Shown here in pieces: positions 34,656-45,173 of a DNA stretch of 64,000 nt. Every line of letters starts with the position of its first letter. The stretch's first letter is position 1. The stretch is from Verrucomicrobiota bacterium (GTDB lineage: Bacteria > Verrucomicrobiota > Verrucomicrobiia > Opitutales > Coraliomargaritaceae): positions 15,170 to 79,169 of the forward strand of contig JBCBZJ010000015.1 of the NCBI GenBank assembly GCA_039815375.1, read 5' to 3'. A program made the position numbers and the translations under genes. The notes under the pieces were generated by a model. The model did no database searches. It was given only the letters and a program-made list of their open reading frames with translations, and was not told the origin of the DNA.

Positions 34656-35765
34656 ATGGAACCAAATTTTGAGAAACTAGCCGAAGTCTTGACCGGCTTT
34701 TCCACCAATTTACAGAAGGATGAACGCGTCCTGATCGATGCTTTTGATATCCCTGACTCAATGGTCGTCGCTCTGGTGCGTGCCGCTCGAGAGCGGGGGG
34801 CCGTGCCCTTTACAAATATCCAGCGAGCTCGAATCAGTCGGGAGCTGGTAAATGATGTGGATGTGAACCAGTTCGAAACGCAAGCTGGCTGGGAGCTGGC
34901 CCGTATGGAGAAGATGGACGCTTACATTGCCATTCGGGGCTCGGATAACATCTTCGAAATGTCAGACGTGGATCCGGTCAAGGTCAACCGAGTGATGCGT
35001 GCGATGAAGCCAGTTCTCGACCATCGCGTGAACAAGACCAAATGGGTGATCCTACGCTGGCCGACGCCGGCCATGGCTCAGCAGGCCATGATGAGCACGG
35101 ACAGCTTCGAAGACTTTTTCTTCCGTGTCTGCACTCAGGATTACTCGCGCATGACCGAGGGCATGGCTGCTCTTAAGGAACTGATGGCGGCGACGGATCA
35201 AGTTGAACTGAAGGGTCCTGAAACCGACTTGCGTTTTTCCATCAAGGGCATTGGTGCAATCGCCTGCGGCGGAACCCATAACATTCCTGACGGCGAGGTG
35301 TTCTCCTGCCCGGTCAAGGACTCCGTTGAGGGAGAAATCACCTACAATGCACCGACGGTTTATCAGGGCGTCTCTTTTGATCGTATTCATCTTAAGTTCG
35401 AGCAGGGTAAAATCGTCCACGCCGACGGGACCAACGCCGATCGGTTGAACGAGATTCTCAACTCCGACGAAGGCGCCCGCTACATCGGAGAATTCGCAAT
35501 CGCCTTTAACCCCCATATTCTCGAGCCGATGCGCGATATCCTCTTTGATGAGAAGATTGCGGGCTCTTTCCATTTCACCCCCGGCCAAGCCTACGAAGAG
35601 GCTGACAATGGGAATCGCTCGCAGGTCCACTGGGATATGGTCCAGATCCAGCGCCCCGAGTATGGTGGTGGTGAAATCTGGTTCGACGGCGAGCTCATCC
35701 GCAAGGATGGTCTCTTTGTGAAGGATGAGCTGAAGAAGCTGAATCCGGACTATTTGCTCGCCTGA
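34656..35765 (+). CDS. M29 aminopeptidase (AmpS/AmpT-like)
   Basis: [36 protein letters not shown]. Confidence 0.92.
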   Translation: MEPNFEKLAEVLTGFSTNLQKDERVLIDAFDIPDSMVVALVRAARERGAVPFTNIQRARISRELVNDVDVNQFETQAGWELARMEKMDAYIAIRGSDNIFEMSDVDPVKVNRVMRAMKPVLDHRVNKTKWVILRWPTPAMAQQAMMSTDSFEDFFFRVCTQDYSRMTEGMAALKELMAATDQVELKGPETDLRFSIKGIGAIACGGTHNIPDGEVFSCPVKDSVEGEITYNAPTVYQGVSFDRIHLKFEQGKIVHADGTNADRLNEILNSDEGARYIGEFAIAFNPHILEPMRDILFDEKIAGSFHFTPGQAYEEADNGNRSQVHWDMVQIQRPEYGGGEIWFDGELIRKDGLFVKDELKKLNPDYLLA

Positions 35766-35780
35766 TAGAAAAATAAGCTA

Positions 35781-35802
35781 GGAGGCTTGCCCTCAAGCCT
35801 CC
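35781..35802. other. 9-bp hairpin between the aminopeptidase gene and dnaX (possible terminator)
   Basis: GGAGGCTTG-ccct-CAAGCCTCC. Confidence 0.5.
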
Positions 35803-35824
35803 GCGTCGTTTTCAATCTACCTGA

Positions 35825-36982
35825 ATGGAGCAAGGTTATCAGGTTATCGCACGCCGCTGGCGCCCGAAGCAGTTCGATGAGCTGGTAGGGCAGGACCACA
35901 TTGTCCGCACGCTGCGCAATGCGATTGAAACCAAGCGTATTGCCCATGCCTACCTGTTTGTTGGCCCGCGCGGCACGGGTAAGACCAGCACGGCCCGGCT
36001 TTTCGCCAAGGCCCTCAATGCAGAGGGTGGGCCCAGCGCCAAGCCGGATAACGAATCCGAAATCAGCAAGGCCATTATGGGTGGTTCCTGCATGGACGTG
36101 ATCGAAATCGACGGTGCCTCCAACAACTCCGTCGATCAGGTCCGCGATCTGCGCGAAGACTGCCAATACGCGCCCACTCAATGCACTTATAAGATCTACA
36201 TTATTGACGAAGTGCATATGCTTTCTACTGCTGCATTTAATGCGTTGCTCAAGACACTTGAAGAGCCACCCGGGCATGTGAAGTTTTTCTTTGCGACGAC
36301 TGAGGCGCACAAGGTTCTACCGACCATTGTTTCTCGCTGCCAGCGCTTTGAGTTTCGTCCCATTTCGGATGCTGTTATTGCGGAGAAACTTCTTCAAATT
36401 TCTGAAGCTGAAGGTATCAAGGTCGAAGCTGAGGCACTGAAGTCCATCGCCCGCCTCGCCAATGGCGGGATGCGTGACGCGCAGTCCATTCTTGATCAAA
36501 TGATTTCCTTTTGCGGGAGCGAAATCAGCGAAAGCGATGTGCTTGATGTCTACGGTCTGGTTTCTTCCGAGCGCATCGCTGAGCTCGGTAAAGCTCTGGG
36601 TTCGCTTGATTTCCCCGCTATTATTGCAGCAGTTGATGGTTTTGTCGAAGAAGGGCGGGACCTCTATCGCGTCTTGCTCGATCTTGAAGCTCATGCCCGT
36701 GGGGCTTTACTTGATGCCATTCAAAATGGTGGCTCAACAGAAAAGCTTGGCACCAGTCTAAGCACCGAGTCGATCATGCGAATGCTGGATGCACTCCATC
36801 GTGGTGAGGCATCCGTCCAGAAAGGACTTTCTGAAAAGGTTAACTTCGAGGTCGTGCTACTTAAGGCGGCCGAGGAGTCCCGCTCTCGGGCCATTGATAG
36901 TCTGATTAAACAAGTCTCTGCGGCTGCTTCGACAGGCTCAGGACAATCCGGCGGCGGAACCGGCGAAAAAAAAAAGCCCTAG
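35825..36982 (+). CDS. dnaX: DNA polymerase III gamma/tau, zero-frame (gamma-like) product
   Basis: [46 protein letters not shown]. Ends GEKKKP* at an A10G run. Confidence 0.96.
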   Translation: MEQGYQVIARRWRPKQFDELVGQDHIVRTLRNAIETKRIAHAYLFVGPRGTGKTSTARLFAKALNAEGGPSAKPDNESEISKAIMGGSCMDVIEIDGASNNSVDQVRDLREDCQYAPTQCTYKIYIIDEVHMLSTAAFNALLKTLEEPPGHVKFFFATTEAHKVLPTIVSRCQRFEFRPISDAVIAEKLLQISEAEGIKVEAEALKSIARLANGGMRDAQSILDQMISFCGSEISESDVLDVYGLVSSERIAELGKALGSLDFPAIIAAVDGFVEEGRDLYRVLLDLEAHARGALLDAIQNGGSTEKLGTSLSTESIMRMLDALHRGEASVQKGLSEKVNFEVVLLKAAEESRSRAIDSLIKQVSAAASTGSGQSGGGTGEKKKP

Positions 36983-37347
36983 TTCCGCCACCGCCTAAAA
37001 GCGAAGCTGCCTCCGAATTGGAGGACGATGCTTTGCAGGTTGCGGTCGAGCAAAGTGGGGTGGGTTCACCGGCACTTGGAGAGCAGCCTGTTGTCGGTGC
37101 CGAGCGAACCACCTCCGAATCAGAAGAGGAGCGCTTTGCTGCCTATGCCGAAATGGAAGCCGCGGCACCGCTTGAGGTGGCTGAAGCGTCTCCCTCACTT
37201 CAGCCGAGTGCGAAGGCTGAACCTAGTCTCACTCTCCAAGATGCCGCCAAGTGTCTCAGCCCGAAAGTCCTTCAGGCGCTGGAGGACCAATTTAATGGCA
37301 GTCTTACCGAGGTGCGTGCACCGGACGACAAAGACCAGTTCTTCTAG
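36973..37347 (+). CDS. dnaX: -1 frame C-terminal extension of DnaX (tau-specific part)
   Basis: Open from the A-run: [19 protein letters not shown]...[20 protein letters not shown]...DQFF*. Pro/Ala/Glu linker followed by a tau-like terminal motif. Confidence 0.7.
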   Translation, partial: KALVPPPPKSEAASELEDDALQVAVEQSGVGSPALGEQPVVGAERTTSESEEERFAAYAEMEAAAPLEVAEASPSLQPSAKAEPSLTLQDAAKCLSPKVLQALEDQFNGSLTEVRAPDDKDQFF

Positions 37348-37396
37348 AAATTTACGGTTGACGGGCAGGGTGCTGAACTCAACCTCCTTTCCTTTG

Positions 37397-37475
<79 letters not shown>

Positions 37476-37681
37476 ACCTAGGCCGAAGCTTCGGCTGGCT
37501 GCGTTGCTGCATTTATCTTGTTGATCTAGCAGTTGTATAGCCTTTCGGGAGGCTATTGGATAGGTCAACTTAGAGTCGTTTTCCAGTTTGCAACAGCCTG
37601 GTAAGTAATTGGGACTAGTTACACATGAGGTCGAAATATTCTTTGATCTTGTGGCTGCTGAAATCCATAGTTTCATAGATA

Positions 37682-39814
37682 ATGACTAGAATCGCATTTA
37701 TTTTCGGCCTTTCTGCGGCACTGTTTCCGAGTCTATTTGTAGGAGCAACGGGTGCCGATCCGCAGTTTGATTCACCTACGTCGGTTCTTAGCACCAAAGA
37801 GGGTATTGTTTACGCGATGGGAGCTCCGATTCCTGAATACCCTCCGATCGACAATCCGATCCTTTCTTTCGATCAGATTCTGCAACCCTACAGTGGGCCC
37901 ATTGTAGTCGATCAGAAGAACGAGAACATTTACAATAAGGTGATGACCGGCTATCAAGGTTGGTTCGGGCATAAGGACGACGGCTATAATTTCGGCGAAC
38001 GGCATTGGGGGAAGATTTTGGACGATCCGCCGCGCTGCACAGTCGATCTGTGGCCCGATATGAGCGAGCTCGATGACGATGAGAAATATCTGACCAATTT
38101 CAAATACCCTGACGGCACTCCCGGAATGGTCTTTAGCTCCCGCAACAAGAAAACTGTTGTCAGGCACTTCAAATGGATGCGTGAGCACAACATCCACGGT
38201 GTATTCAAGCAGCGCTTCGGCGCGCGCTTCGTAAATAACAAAGGTAACTACTATGAATCGGCTGACGACCTTCAAGTGCTTTCACATGTCCGGGAAGGTG
38301 CGAATCGCTACGGTCGTCTATTCGCACTTATGTATGATGTTTCGTTCAATGCTGCGACGGTGGACGGTATGATTGAGGACTGGAAGAGGCTTTATCACAA
38401 AATGCGAATTACGGAAACACCAGCCTACATGAGGCACCGAGGTGGGCCAGTAGTGACTTTTTGGGGTTATGCCGACAAGACCCGAGATTGGGACCCGGTG
38501 GCCGCTGAGAAGCTTTTCAAGTTCTTCAAGGACCCTGCGAACGGTGGTTGCACGATTATGGTCGGTGTGCCGGATAACGATTGGGCGCGGTGGGATGACG
38601 AGCGGATGGAACTGCTCAAGAAGTATGTCACCATCGTCAGCCCGTGGACGGTGGGCCGCTACCGCTCGCCGGAAGATGCACGCAAGTTTTTTCGCAACAG
38701 AGTCCCCGGAGATTTGGCGGTTACGCGTGCCAACGATTTGGACTACTATCCGGTGATCTTTCCCGGCTTCAGTTGGACTAATCTGAAGCAAGGTGCCGAG
38801 CTCAATCTAATCCCGCGCCTCGGTGGGCGGTTTTTGTGGACGCAGGGGGAGCTTATAAAGGAATATGGAATCAATATGGTCTATGCGGCGATGTTTGACG
38901 AAGTGGACGAAGGCACTGCGCTGTTCAAGGTCACGAACAACCCACCGATCGGGCGCTTCGCCACTCTGGAAGGATACCCGAGCGATTACTATCTTCGACT
39001 TACAGGCTTGATTGGGCAGATGGTGGCCGGGAAGTCTGTGCAGTTTCCAAATATCACACCTGAGCCTGATACTTATGTGCCTCTATCATCTCTCGAATAC
39101 TATCAGGATGCAGATTACTTTTCCGAAAGTATCACGAGTGCATGGAAGGAAGTCTTCGAGCGTATCCCGGTGATCGTGGATAGCGAGGATTATGGGAAAT
39201 GGGCACTTTCGCTCAACAATGTGTCTTCCGTTCTCAACATGTATTTCCGTCCGTGGCAGGACATTGTTAAGATAAAGCCCAGTAAATATGTTCTGGTTAT
39301 GGCTCAGCAGCGCGATCGTTTTACGACTGGCGATGTGCCTATGTCCAAGCTTACCGACTTTATCAAAAAGTGCATGCGCGAGGGAACTCTACTTCTCGTT
39401 ATGTCGGATTCGAGGAATCCGCTGCAGGCCCCTGATCGTGGTTCGGCTGCTGAGGCAATTGGTTTTAGAATATCTGATCAGCGGGGGTCTAGTGACTGTA
39501 CCGTCCAATTCGATGAAATACTCGGGAAGCAGTTAGCAAAATGGACTTGGAAAAATCCCCACGGTAATACGCCCGCAGCGCGCCTCATGAGAAAAGAAGA
39601 TTATCCGCAGGCGATCAGTTATCGCTCGCTCGCCATGGTATACTCGGCAAGCGGAGAGTATATTGGAGATGCGGCCGCCGTAGTTCAGCCTGGAGAGGAA
39701 TTTGGTTCCGGTAAAATAGTTTACGTCTCCAGTATGCTCACGACGCTACCGGGTTCGTGGAAGAAGCGATTTCTCGAAGGCGTGATCAGCGCTATTGCTG
39801 AGCTCTTGGGTTGA
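37682..39814 (+). CDS. secreted GH71/GH99-like glycoside hydrolase with extra C-terminal domain
   Basis: Signal peptide; VMTGYQGWF, DLWPDMSE, HFKWMREHNIHGVFKQRF, SPWTVGRY, PVIFPGFSW, AMFDEVDEGTALFK. Confidence 0.78.
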   Translation: MTRIAFIFGLSAALFPSLFVGATGADPQFDSPTSVLSTKEGIVYAMGAPIPEYPPIDNPILSFDQILQPYSGPIVVDQKNENIYNKVMTGYQGWFGHKDDGYNFGERHWGKILDDPPRCTVDLWPDMSELDDDEKYLTNFKYPDGTPGMVFSSRNKKTVVRHFKWMREHNIHGVFKQRFGARFVNNKGNYYESADDLQVLSHVREGANRYGRLFALMYDVSFNAATVDGMIEDWKRLYHKMRITETPAYMRHRGGPVVTFWGYADKTRDWDPVAAEKLFKFFKDPANGGCTIMVGVPDNDWARWDDERMELLKKYVTIVSPWTVGRYRSPEDARKFFRNRVPGDLAVTRANDLDYYPVIFPGFSWTNLKQGAELNLIPRLGGRFLWTQGELIKEYGINMVYAAMFDEVDEGTALFKVTNNPPIGRFATLEGYPSDYYLRLTGLIGQMVAGKSVQFPNITPEPDTYVPLSSLEYYQDADYFSESITSAWKEVFERIPVIVDSEDYGKWALSLNNVSSVLNMYFRPWQDIVKIKPSKYVLVMAQQRDRFTTGDVPMSKLTDFIKKCMREGTLLLVMSDSRNPLQAPDRGSAAEAIGFRISDQRGSSDCTVQFDEILGKQLAKWTWKNPHGNTPAARLMRKEDYPQAISYRSLAMVYSASGEYIGDAAAVVQPGEEFGSGKIVYVSSMLTTLPGSWKKRFLEGVISAIAELLG

Positions 39815-39911
39815 GTGTTTCCATATCGCCAAGGCCTGAAATTTTCTAGAGTGAATTAGAGGTATTCGGGCTGAAAGACTTTCTCAAAGTGATTTCTTCG
39901 AGAATATGGTC

Positions 39912-41315
39912 TCACTCTGATGGGAAGGCGCCAAACTGTTGATCGAGACGCTTCTTCATCAGGCCTCGAATTGAAGCGTATTCAGGATTTTCTGCCAGGT
40001 TGTAGTGCTCGCCTTCGTCGTTGCCATGGTTGTAGAGCTCAACGCCGTCTTTCCCGTTTTTGCCCCATTCAGTGTAGCGCCATTCGTAGCTCCGAACCGT
40101 GCGGCCGATCCTTCTGCCGCCATTCACCTGGGTAAAAGCAGCGTCTTTGTGTTTCGCTTCCGGATTCTGGAAAACGGGATTCAGACTTTTACCGGATAAC
40201 TTATGCGGAGGCGCTAAACCTGCAAGGTCAGTCAAAGTGGGATAGAGGTCGATAAATTCCATGATAGAATCAGTCGATTTCCCCATGCCGTCTTTGTTGG
40301 GCACCCAGATTATCATAGGTGCACGTGCCCCGTCTTCAAAGAGCGTAACCTTGTTCCACCAGTCTTTCTCACCGAGATGATAGCCATGGTCTCCCATCAG
40401 AATAACGATAGTCGAATCCCAAAGCTCCAAGCGATCAAGTGTATCCATGATTTTTCCGACTTGTGCGTCTGCGAAGCTAACACCGGCATGGTAGGCACGT
40501 TTGAATTCAACGCGCTCCTTGTCCGTGAACATTTTATCAAACGGGATATTAGGAAGCGCATATTTTACCAAGGGGCTCCGGTTCTCGGGCTCTTCGGGAA
40601 GGGTGGTGCTGCCCTCCGGATAATAGTCGAAATATTTTTTGGGCGCGAAGAAGGGATCATGCGGCTTGTGTATTCCATAGCCGATGAAGAAGGGCTTGTC
40701 TTTGTTCTCTTCCAAAACCCGAACTGTCTCGGCGGCGATCTGCCCATCCGGTTGATCGATATCATCCCCTTCGGTTGCTTTCCAGCTGGCCCACGGGACT
40801 TTGCCACCGGTGAGGTTTCGTCCTTCGCCTTTGCGCCCCAGGCGGGTGGTGTTTCCCAGCGCATCGTAAAAATAGTCCCATGACTGCGGGTCTTCGAATA
40901 AGACGCGCTGGTCCGGATTATCGACACTTAAGTGGAATATCTTCCCCAGCCCAGCCGTGAAATATCCGTTCTCTCTAAAAAGCTGTGGTATTGTTACAAG
41001 ATCAGGCTGTATCCTGCGAAATGGGATTGTGTTGCTGGTTATGCCGACTTCGTCCGGTCTAAGGCCCGACAAAAAGGATGATCTGCTTGGGTTGCAGACT
41101 GGATACTGGGAGTAGGCATTTTCGAAAAGCATGCCCTTCTTTGCCAGACGATCGATATTGGGTGAATGCACTTCATCCACGCCATAGCAGCCGAGCTCTG
41201 TTCTCAGGTCGTCGATTACGATCATTAGAACATTTGGTTTGTCCGATGATGCCAGTGTGGATGCTGCCGAAAACAGGCTAATGCATAGCACGAGGAGGTA
41301 GTGCTTTATTCTCAT
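39912..41315 (-). CDS. formylglycine-dependent sulfatase (iduronate-2-sulfatase-like)
   Basis: Signal peptide; [39 protein letters not shown]. Confidence 0.93.
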   Translation of the reverse strand: MRIKHYLLVLCISLFSAASTLASSDKPNVLMIVIDDLRTELGCYGVDEVHSPNIDRLAKKGMLFENAYSQYPVCNPSRSSFLSGLRPDEVGITSNTIPFRRIQPDLVTIPQLFRENGYFTAGLGKIFHLSVDNPDQRVLFEDPQSWDYFYDALGNTTRLGRKGEGRNLTGGKVPWASWKATEGDDIDQPDGQIAAETVRVLEENKDKPFFIGYGIHKPHDPFFAPKKYFDYYPEGSTTLPEEPENRSPLVKYALPNIPFDKMFTDKERVEFKRAYHAGVSFADAQVGKIMDTLDRLELWDSTIVILMGDHGYHLGEKDWWNKVTLFEDGARAPMIIWVPNKDGMGKSTDSIMEFIDLYPTLTDLAGLAPPHKLSGKSLNPVFQNPEAKHKDAAFTQVNGGRRIGRTVRSYEWRYTEWGKNGKDGVELYNHGNDEGEHYNLAENPEYASIRGLMKKRLDQQFGAFPSE

Positions 41316-41394
41316 TTCTTCTTTTTTAACTAAATGCCTTTTGTATCTTACCGTGGAGTCTTAGACTTTATCGAGTGAATAAAGAGTTTTGCCG

Positions 41395-42756
41395 CTACAT
41401 CTTTTTCTTCTTCTCTGATTTGACGTAATTCTGCGGAAGAGTGCTTCCCCAGGCTTTGAGCTTCGTGCTTAATTTGTCAAAGACAGCGGTCTTGGTCTCT
41501 GCTAAGTTCGTGCTTTCTGTAGGGTCTGTTTTTAGATTGTAGAGTTCAGCTTCGCTACCATTGCGATTGCGGGCATTAAGATGCAGTTTCCAGTCGCCGT
41601 CACGCATGACTATCGGAGAGTTTTTGCTGCTGAATTTCCAGAAAAGCGGAGCACCTCGTTCGCGACTTTCGCCAAGCCAGATGTCGGATATGTCCTGTCC
41701 ATCAAGGTTGTCCGGAACTTTCTCGACACCAGCAATAGAACAGAGAGTGGGGAGCCAGTCGATGAAGGATGTGACGCTTTCGGTGTCGCGACGTCCAGCC
41801 GGCACTTTGCCCGGCCAACGGATAATGAAGGGAACACGAGTGCCGCCTTCGTAAAGGTTGTGCTTTGCACCACGAAAAATACCGGCATAGCCCAGCATAT
41901 TATTGGAATATTGACGGTGACCCTTGCCGCTGAGAATCACAGGTGCAGGACCGTGATCGCTGGAGAAGACGACAATGGTGTCATCGCTAATTCCAAGCTC
42001 GTCGAGGGCTTTCAGCACTTCGCCGACATTGAGATCAACCGAGTAGACGTCTCCCAGATACTGGTGCATGGAGGCATCTATATCGCCGCCGATTTGCAGA
42101 CACTCATCAAATTTCTTCTGCATAGTGTCCGAGAAGTCCGAGCGTTTCACTTTGACTTCGATAAACTTGCTGGCGAGTTCAGGGACGACGCTAACCGGAA
42201 AGTGAGTGCTATGGCCCCAGATATTTACATAAAAGGGTTGGTCCTTGTTTTCCTTAATAAACTCAATCGCGCCACGGAACAGTCCTGCGTCCCGTCCCAT
42301 CGGGTCGGTCTTTGTCGAGCCAATTACCTCCACCTGATCGATGCCATACATGCCATCGACTTCAGTCTCTTTCGGACCAATGTGCCACTTGCCGAAGTGC
42401 CCTGTTGCGTAGCCCCGCTGTTTGAGCAGGCTTGTAATCGTTTCAAGGTCCTGGAAACCAAAAGAAGCGGCATACTTTTTATTACGTGCCGGATAAATGC
42501 CGGTCATCAGGCCTGTGCGGCTCGGGTTACAGGTCACACCAGTCACGTAGTGTTGCATGAAGCTAGTGCCTTCTGCAGCGAGTCGATCAAGATGTGGTGT
42601 AACCGCATAAGGGTGCCCATAGGATGCAAGATCCGCGTAGCCCAGGTCGTCCTGAAAAATGAAAACGATGTTTGGCGGACGCTCGGCCGATGCTTTGAGT
42701 GCGCAGGCGATTAGCACAAGGATGCAAAGATGAATAATGTTAACGGAGGGTATCAT
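41395..42756 (-). CDS. formylglycine-dependent sulfatase (arylsulfatase/GALNS-like)
   Basis: PNIVFIFQDDLGYAD, CNPSRTGLMTG, GHFGKWHIG, SSDHG, LYEGGTRVP. Confidence 0.93.
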   Translation of the reverse strand: MIPSVNIIHLCILVLIACALKASAERPPNIVFIFQDDLGYADLASYGHPYAVTPHLDRLAAEGTSFMQHYVTGVTCNPSRTGLMTGIYPARNKKYAASFGFQDLETITSLLKQRGYATGHFGKWHIGPKETEVDGMYGIDQVEVIGSTKTDPMGRDAGLFRGAIEFIKENKDQPFYVNIWGHSTHFPVSVVPELASKFIEVKVKRSDFSDTMQKKFDECLQIGGDIDASMHQYLGDVYSVDLNVGEVLKALDELGISDDTIVVFSSDHGPAPVILSGKGHRQYSNNMLGYAGIFRGAKHNLYEGGTRVPFIIRWPGKVPAGRRDTESVTSFIDWLPTLCSIAGVEKVPDNLDGQDISDIWLGESRERGAPLFWKFSSKNSPIVMRDGDWKLHLNARNRNGSEAELYNLKTDPTESTNLAETKTAVFDKLSTKLKAWGSTLPQNYVKSEKKKKM

Positions 42757-43097
42757 ATAGGGCTTATCGAAATTGTTGACTAGATAGTTAAGACTTCTAA
42801 ACGGTCTATTTGTGCATTTTCAGATATAATTCTGCAACTGTAATGGTTGGTTCCGGCAACTTTTGCACTTAATTGAACAGTCGGAGGACTCGAGAGCTTG
42901 AGGGATTACTCTGCCATAGGCCGATGCATTACAGCCTTTTCGCTTGCCAAGCCCTTCCGCGCTGGTATCCCTCTCCGCTTTCCCGCTCGGAAGGGGTGAG
43001 GAAAGAGTTAGAAGTATACAAAATAAACCAACCACATCACAACTAAAAGAAACGTTCGTTTCTCCCCGGGCTGATTGCCTAGGGCTTTGAACATCAA

Positions 43098-43949
43098 ATG
43101 AATACAACACCAAAAGACCTCCTCGACGCAGGCGTTCACTTCGGTCACCAGCTTCGCCGCTGGAATCCAAAGTCCAGGCCCTACGTTTACGACAACCGTA
43201 ACGGAATCTCCATTATTGATCTGGAGAAAACACATGCTCTCCTCGAAAAGGCCTGTGAAAAGATCGAGGAGCTCGTCTCTTCCGGTAAGGATGTGCTTTT
43301 CATTGGCACGAAAAAGCAAGCACAGGAAATCGTCCGCGAAGCGGCTACGGCTTGCCAAATGCCCTTCTGCGTGAATCGCTGGATGGGTGGAGGCCTTACC
43401 AATTTTGCCACGATCAAGACCTCGCTCACGAAATACCGCAAGTTCCTTAAAATGGACGAGGAGGGTGAGCTCGAGAAGCTTCCTGGTAAGGAAGAGGCTG
43501 CCATCCGCCGCCAAATGAGCCGGATGAACCGAAATTTTGAAGGTATTCTTGAAATCGAACAGCTCCCTGCAGCTGTTTTCGTGATCGATACCAAAAACGA
43601 AGAAATCGCTGTCGCTGAAGCCAACCGCCTCGGTATCCCTGTGATCGGCCTCGTTGATACAAATTCCGACCCGACAGTTCTCGACTACCCGGTCCCTGGT
43701 AACGACGACGCCGTTAAGTCGATCCGCATCATCGTGGAGACCATTATGGAGGCAGTTCAGGAAGGTCTTGCCAAGCGTGAGGCGAAGAAGGTTCAAAAGA
43801 CCGCTGGCCCAATCGTTCGTGAGCAAGTCTTCGAGCAACAGGAAGATGTCGAAGTGACTCTCCCTGCTGGCTATGGTGAGGACGAGGAGGAGAAGCCGGC
43901 TGCTGAAGAGCCCGCTGAAGCTGCTCCCGAAGCCACCGAAGAAAAGTAA
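43098..43949 (+). CDS. rpsB: 30S ribosomal protein S2
   Basis: LLDAGVHFGH, WNPK, RWMGGGLTN, DTNSDP, PGNDDAVKSI. Confidence 0.98.
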   Translation: MNTTPKDLLDAGVHFGHQLRRWNPKSRPYVYDNRNGISIIDLEKTHALLEKACEKIEELVSSGKDVLFIGTKKQAQEIVREAATACQMPFCVNRWMGGGLTNFATIKTSLTKYRKFLKMDEEGELEKLPGKEEAAIRRQMSRMNRNFEGILEIEQLPAAVFVIDTKNEEIAVAEANRLGIPVIGLVDTNSDPTVLDYPVPGNDDAVKSIRIIVETIMEAVQEGLAKREAKKVQKTAGPIVREQVFEQQEDVEVTLPAGYGEDEEEKPAAEEPAEAAPEATEEK

Positions 43950-43969
43950 TTACCCAATTCAAACATACA

Positions 43970-44563
43970 ATGAGTGTTCAAATTAATGCTAAACAGGTAG
44001 GCGAGCTGCGCGAAAGCACAGGTGCCGGTCTGATGGACTGTAAAAAGGCGTTGGTCGAAGCTGAGGGCGATTTCGATCAAGCGGTCGAACTGCTTCGCAA
44101 GCGTGGTGTAGCCAAGGCTGCAAAGAAGGCTGGTCGCGAAGCCTCCGAAGGCCTTATCGATACCTACATCCACCTCGGTGGTAAGGTTGGCGTGCTGACG
44201 GAAATCAACTGTGAGTCTGATTTCGTTGCCAAGACCGACGACTTCAAGCAATTCGTTAAAGATATTTCCATGCACGTTGCGGCAGCTAGCCCGGTTTGCG
44301 TCTCTCGCGAAGACATCGACCCGGCACTACTCGAAGCCGAGCGCAAGGTTGCTGAAGGTCAGGCCGAAGGTAAGCCTCCGCAAGCAGTCGAAAAGATTGT
44401 TGAAGGTAAGCTCAACAAGTATCTCAGCGAGAACTGCCTCCTGGAGCAGGCTTACGTCAAGAATCCTGACCAAACCATCCAGGAAGTGCTGACCGAAAAG
44501 ATCGCCAAGATGGGTGAAAATATGGTGATTAAGCGTTTCGCGCGCTTCCAGATCGGCGCATAA
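43970..44563 (+). CDS. tsf: elongation factor Ts (short form)
   Basis: LRESTGAGLMDCKKAL, EINCESDFVA, RFARFQIG; follows rpsB. Confidence 0.97.
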   Translation: MSVQINAKQVGELRESTGAGLMDCKKALVEAEGDFDQAVELLRKRGVAKAAKKAGREASEGLIDTYIHLGGKVGVLTEINCESDFVAKTDDFKQFVKDISMHVAAASPVCVSREDIDPALLEAERKVAEGQAEGKPPQAVEKIVEGKLNKYLSENCLLEQAYVKNPDQTIQEVLTEKIAKMGENMVIKRFARFQIGA

Positions 44564-44592
44564 GAATCTCCCTAGTTTTCTGTTTTGGAGAA

Positions 44593-44622
44593 GCCCGCTT
44601 TCGAAAGAGAGCGGGCATTTTT
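44593..44622 (+). terminator. intrinsic terminator after tsf
   Basis: GCCCGCTTTC-gaaa-GAGAGCGGGC-ATTTTT. Confidence 0.8.
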
Positions 44623-44625
44623 GTC

Positions 44626-45078
44626 TTAGGGGATATCGATATTGCTGATCGCGTCTCCCGCTTTCTCTGCAACCGATCCAATGATTTCGCTGAGAAATGC
44701 GGCTGCATCAATTGCGTCAAAACTCGTCATGCTATCAAGAATGTGCCCCAGCGTTCGTTTAACTCCGAATATAGCGAAGAGGGCAAAAAAGATCGAAAGC
44801 ACGACAAAGATGCTTCCACCCAGAGGTTTGCCGTTCGTGAAACAAAGATAGCTCAAGTAGCCGGAGCCACAGCATAACGCCCAGGAGGCACCACGAACCG
44901 ACCTCGGCATGATTTGGACTCTCAGATTTCTGAGTTCGTCCTCATTCAGAAGGTGACCCTCTCTTTTGGACGCTCGAATTCCTGCTGATTGGATGCGTTT
45001 CCTAAGTGTCTTGGTATTTCTCAAAGTAAAGTGGGTTGGAAAGAGAACTCGTAGCTGTTTGCTTGTATTCTCGGGCAA
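44626..45078 (-). CDS. hypothetical two-TM membrane protein (start uncertain)
   Basis: Fills the gap between tsf and trpS; two hydrophobic segments. Confidence 0.5.
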   Translation of the reverse strand: MPENTSKQLRVLFPTHFTLRNTKTLRKRIQSAGIRASKREGHLLNEDELRNLRVQIMPRSVRGASWALCCGSGYLSYLCFTNGKPLGGSIFVVLSIFFALFAIFGVKRTLGHILDSMTSFDAIDAAAFLSEIIGSVAEKAGDAISNIDIP

Positions 45079-45173
45079 ACAGATCGCAAGTTCATCTTAA
45101 AGTGCTTTTTCAGGGCTACCGATGAAGATAAGTATAAGTTGACAAGCCTGTCGCCGCCATCGTCAATCGCGTG

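Noticed and set aside
41581..42714. 377-aa + strand ORF
   Set aside because: Antisense shadow of a sulfatase; no motifs.
43008..43838. 276-aa minus-strand ORF (and the 294-aa ORF at 56410-57294)
   Set aside because: Antisense shadows of rpsB and nrtA.
43970..44563. Short EF-Ts as a truncation
   Set aside because: The ~200-aa EF-Ts form is a known intact type and has a normal RFARF terminus.
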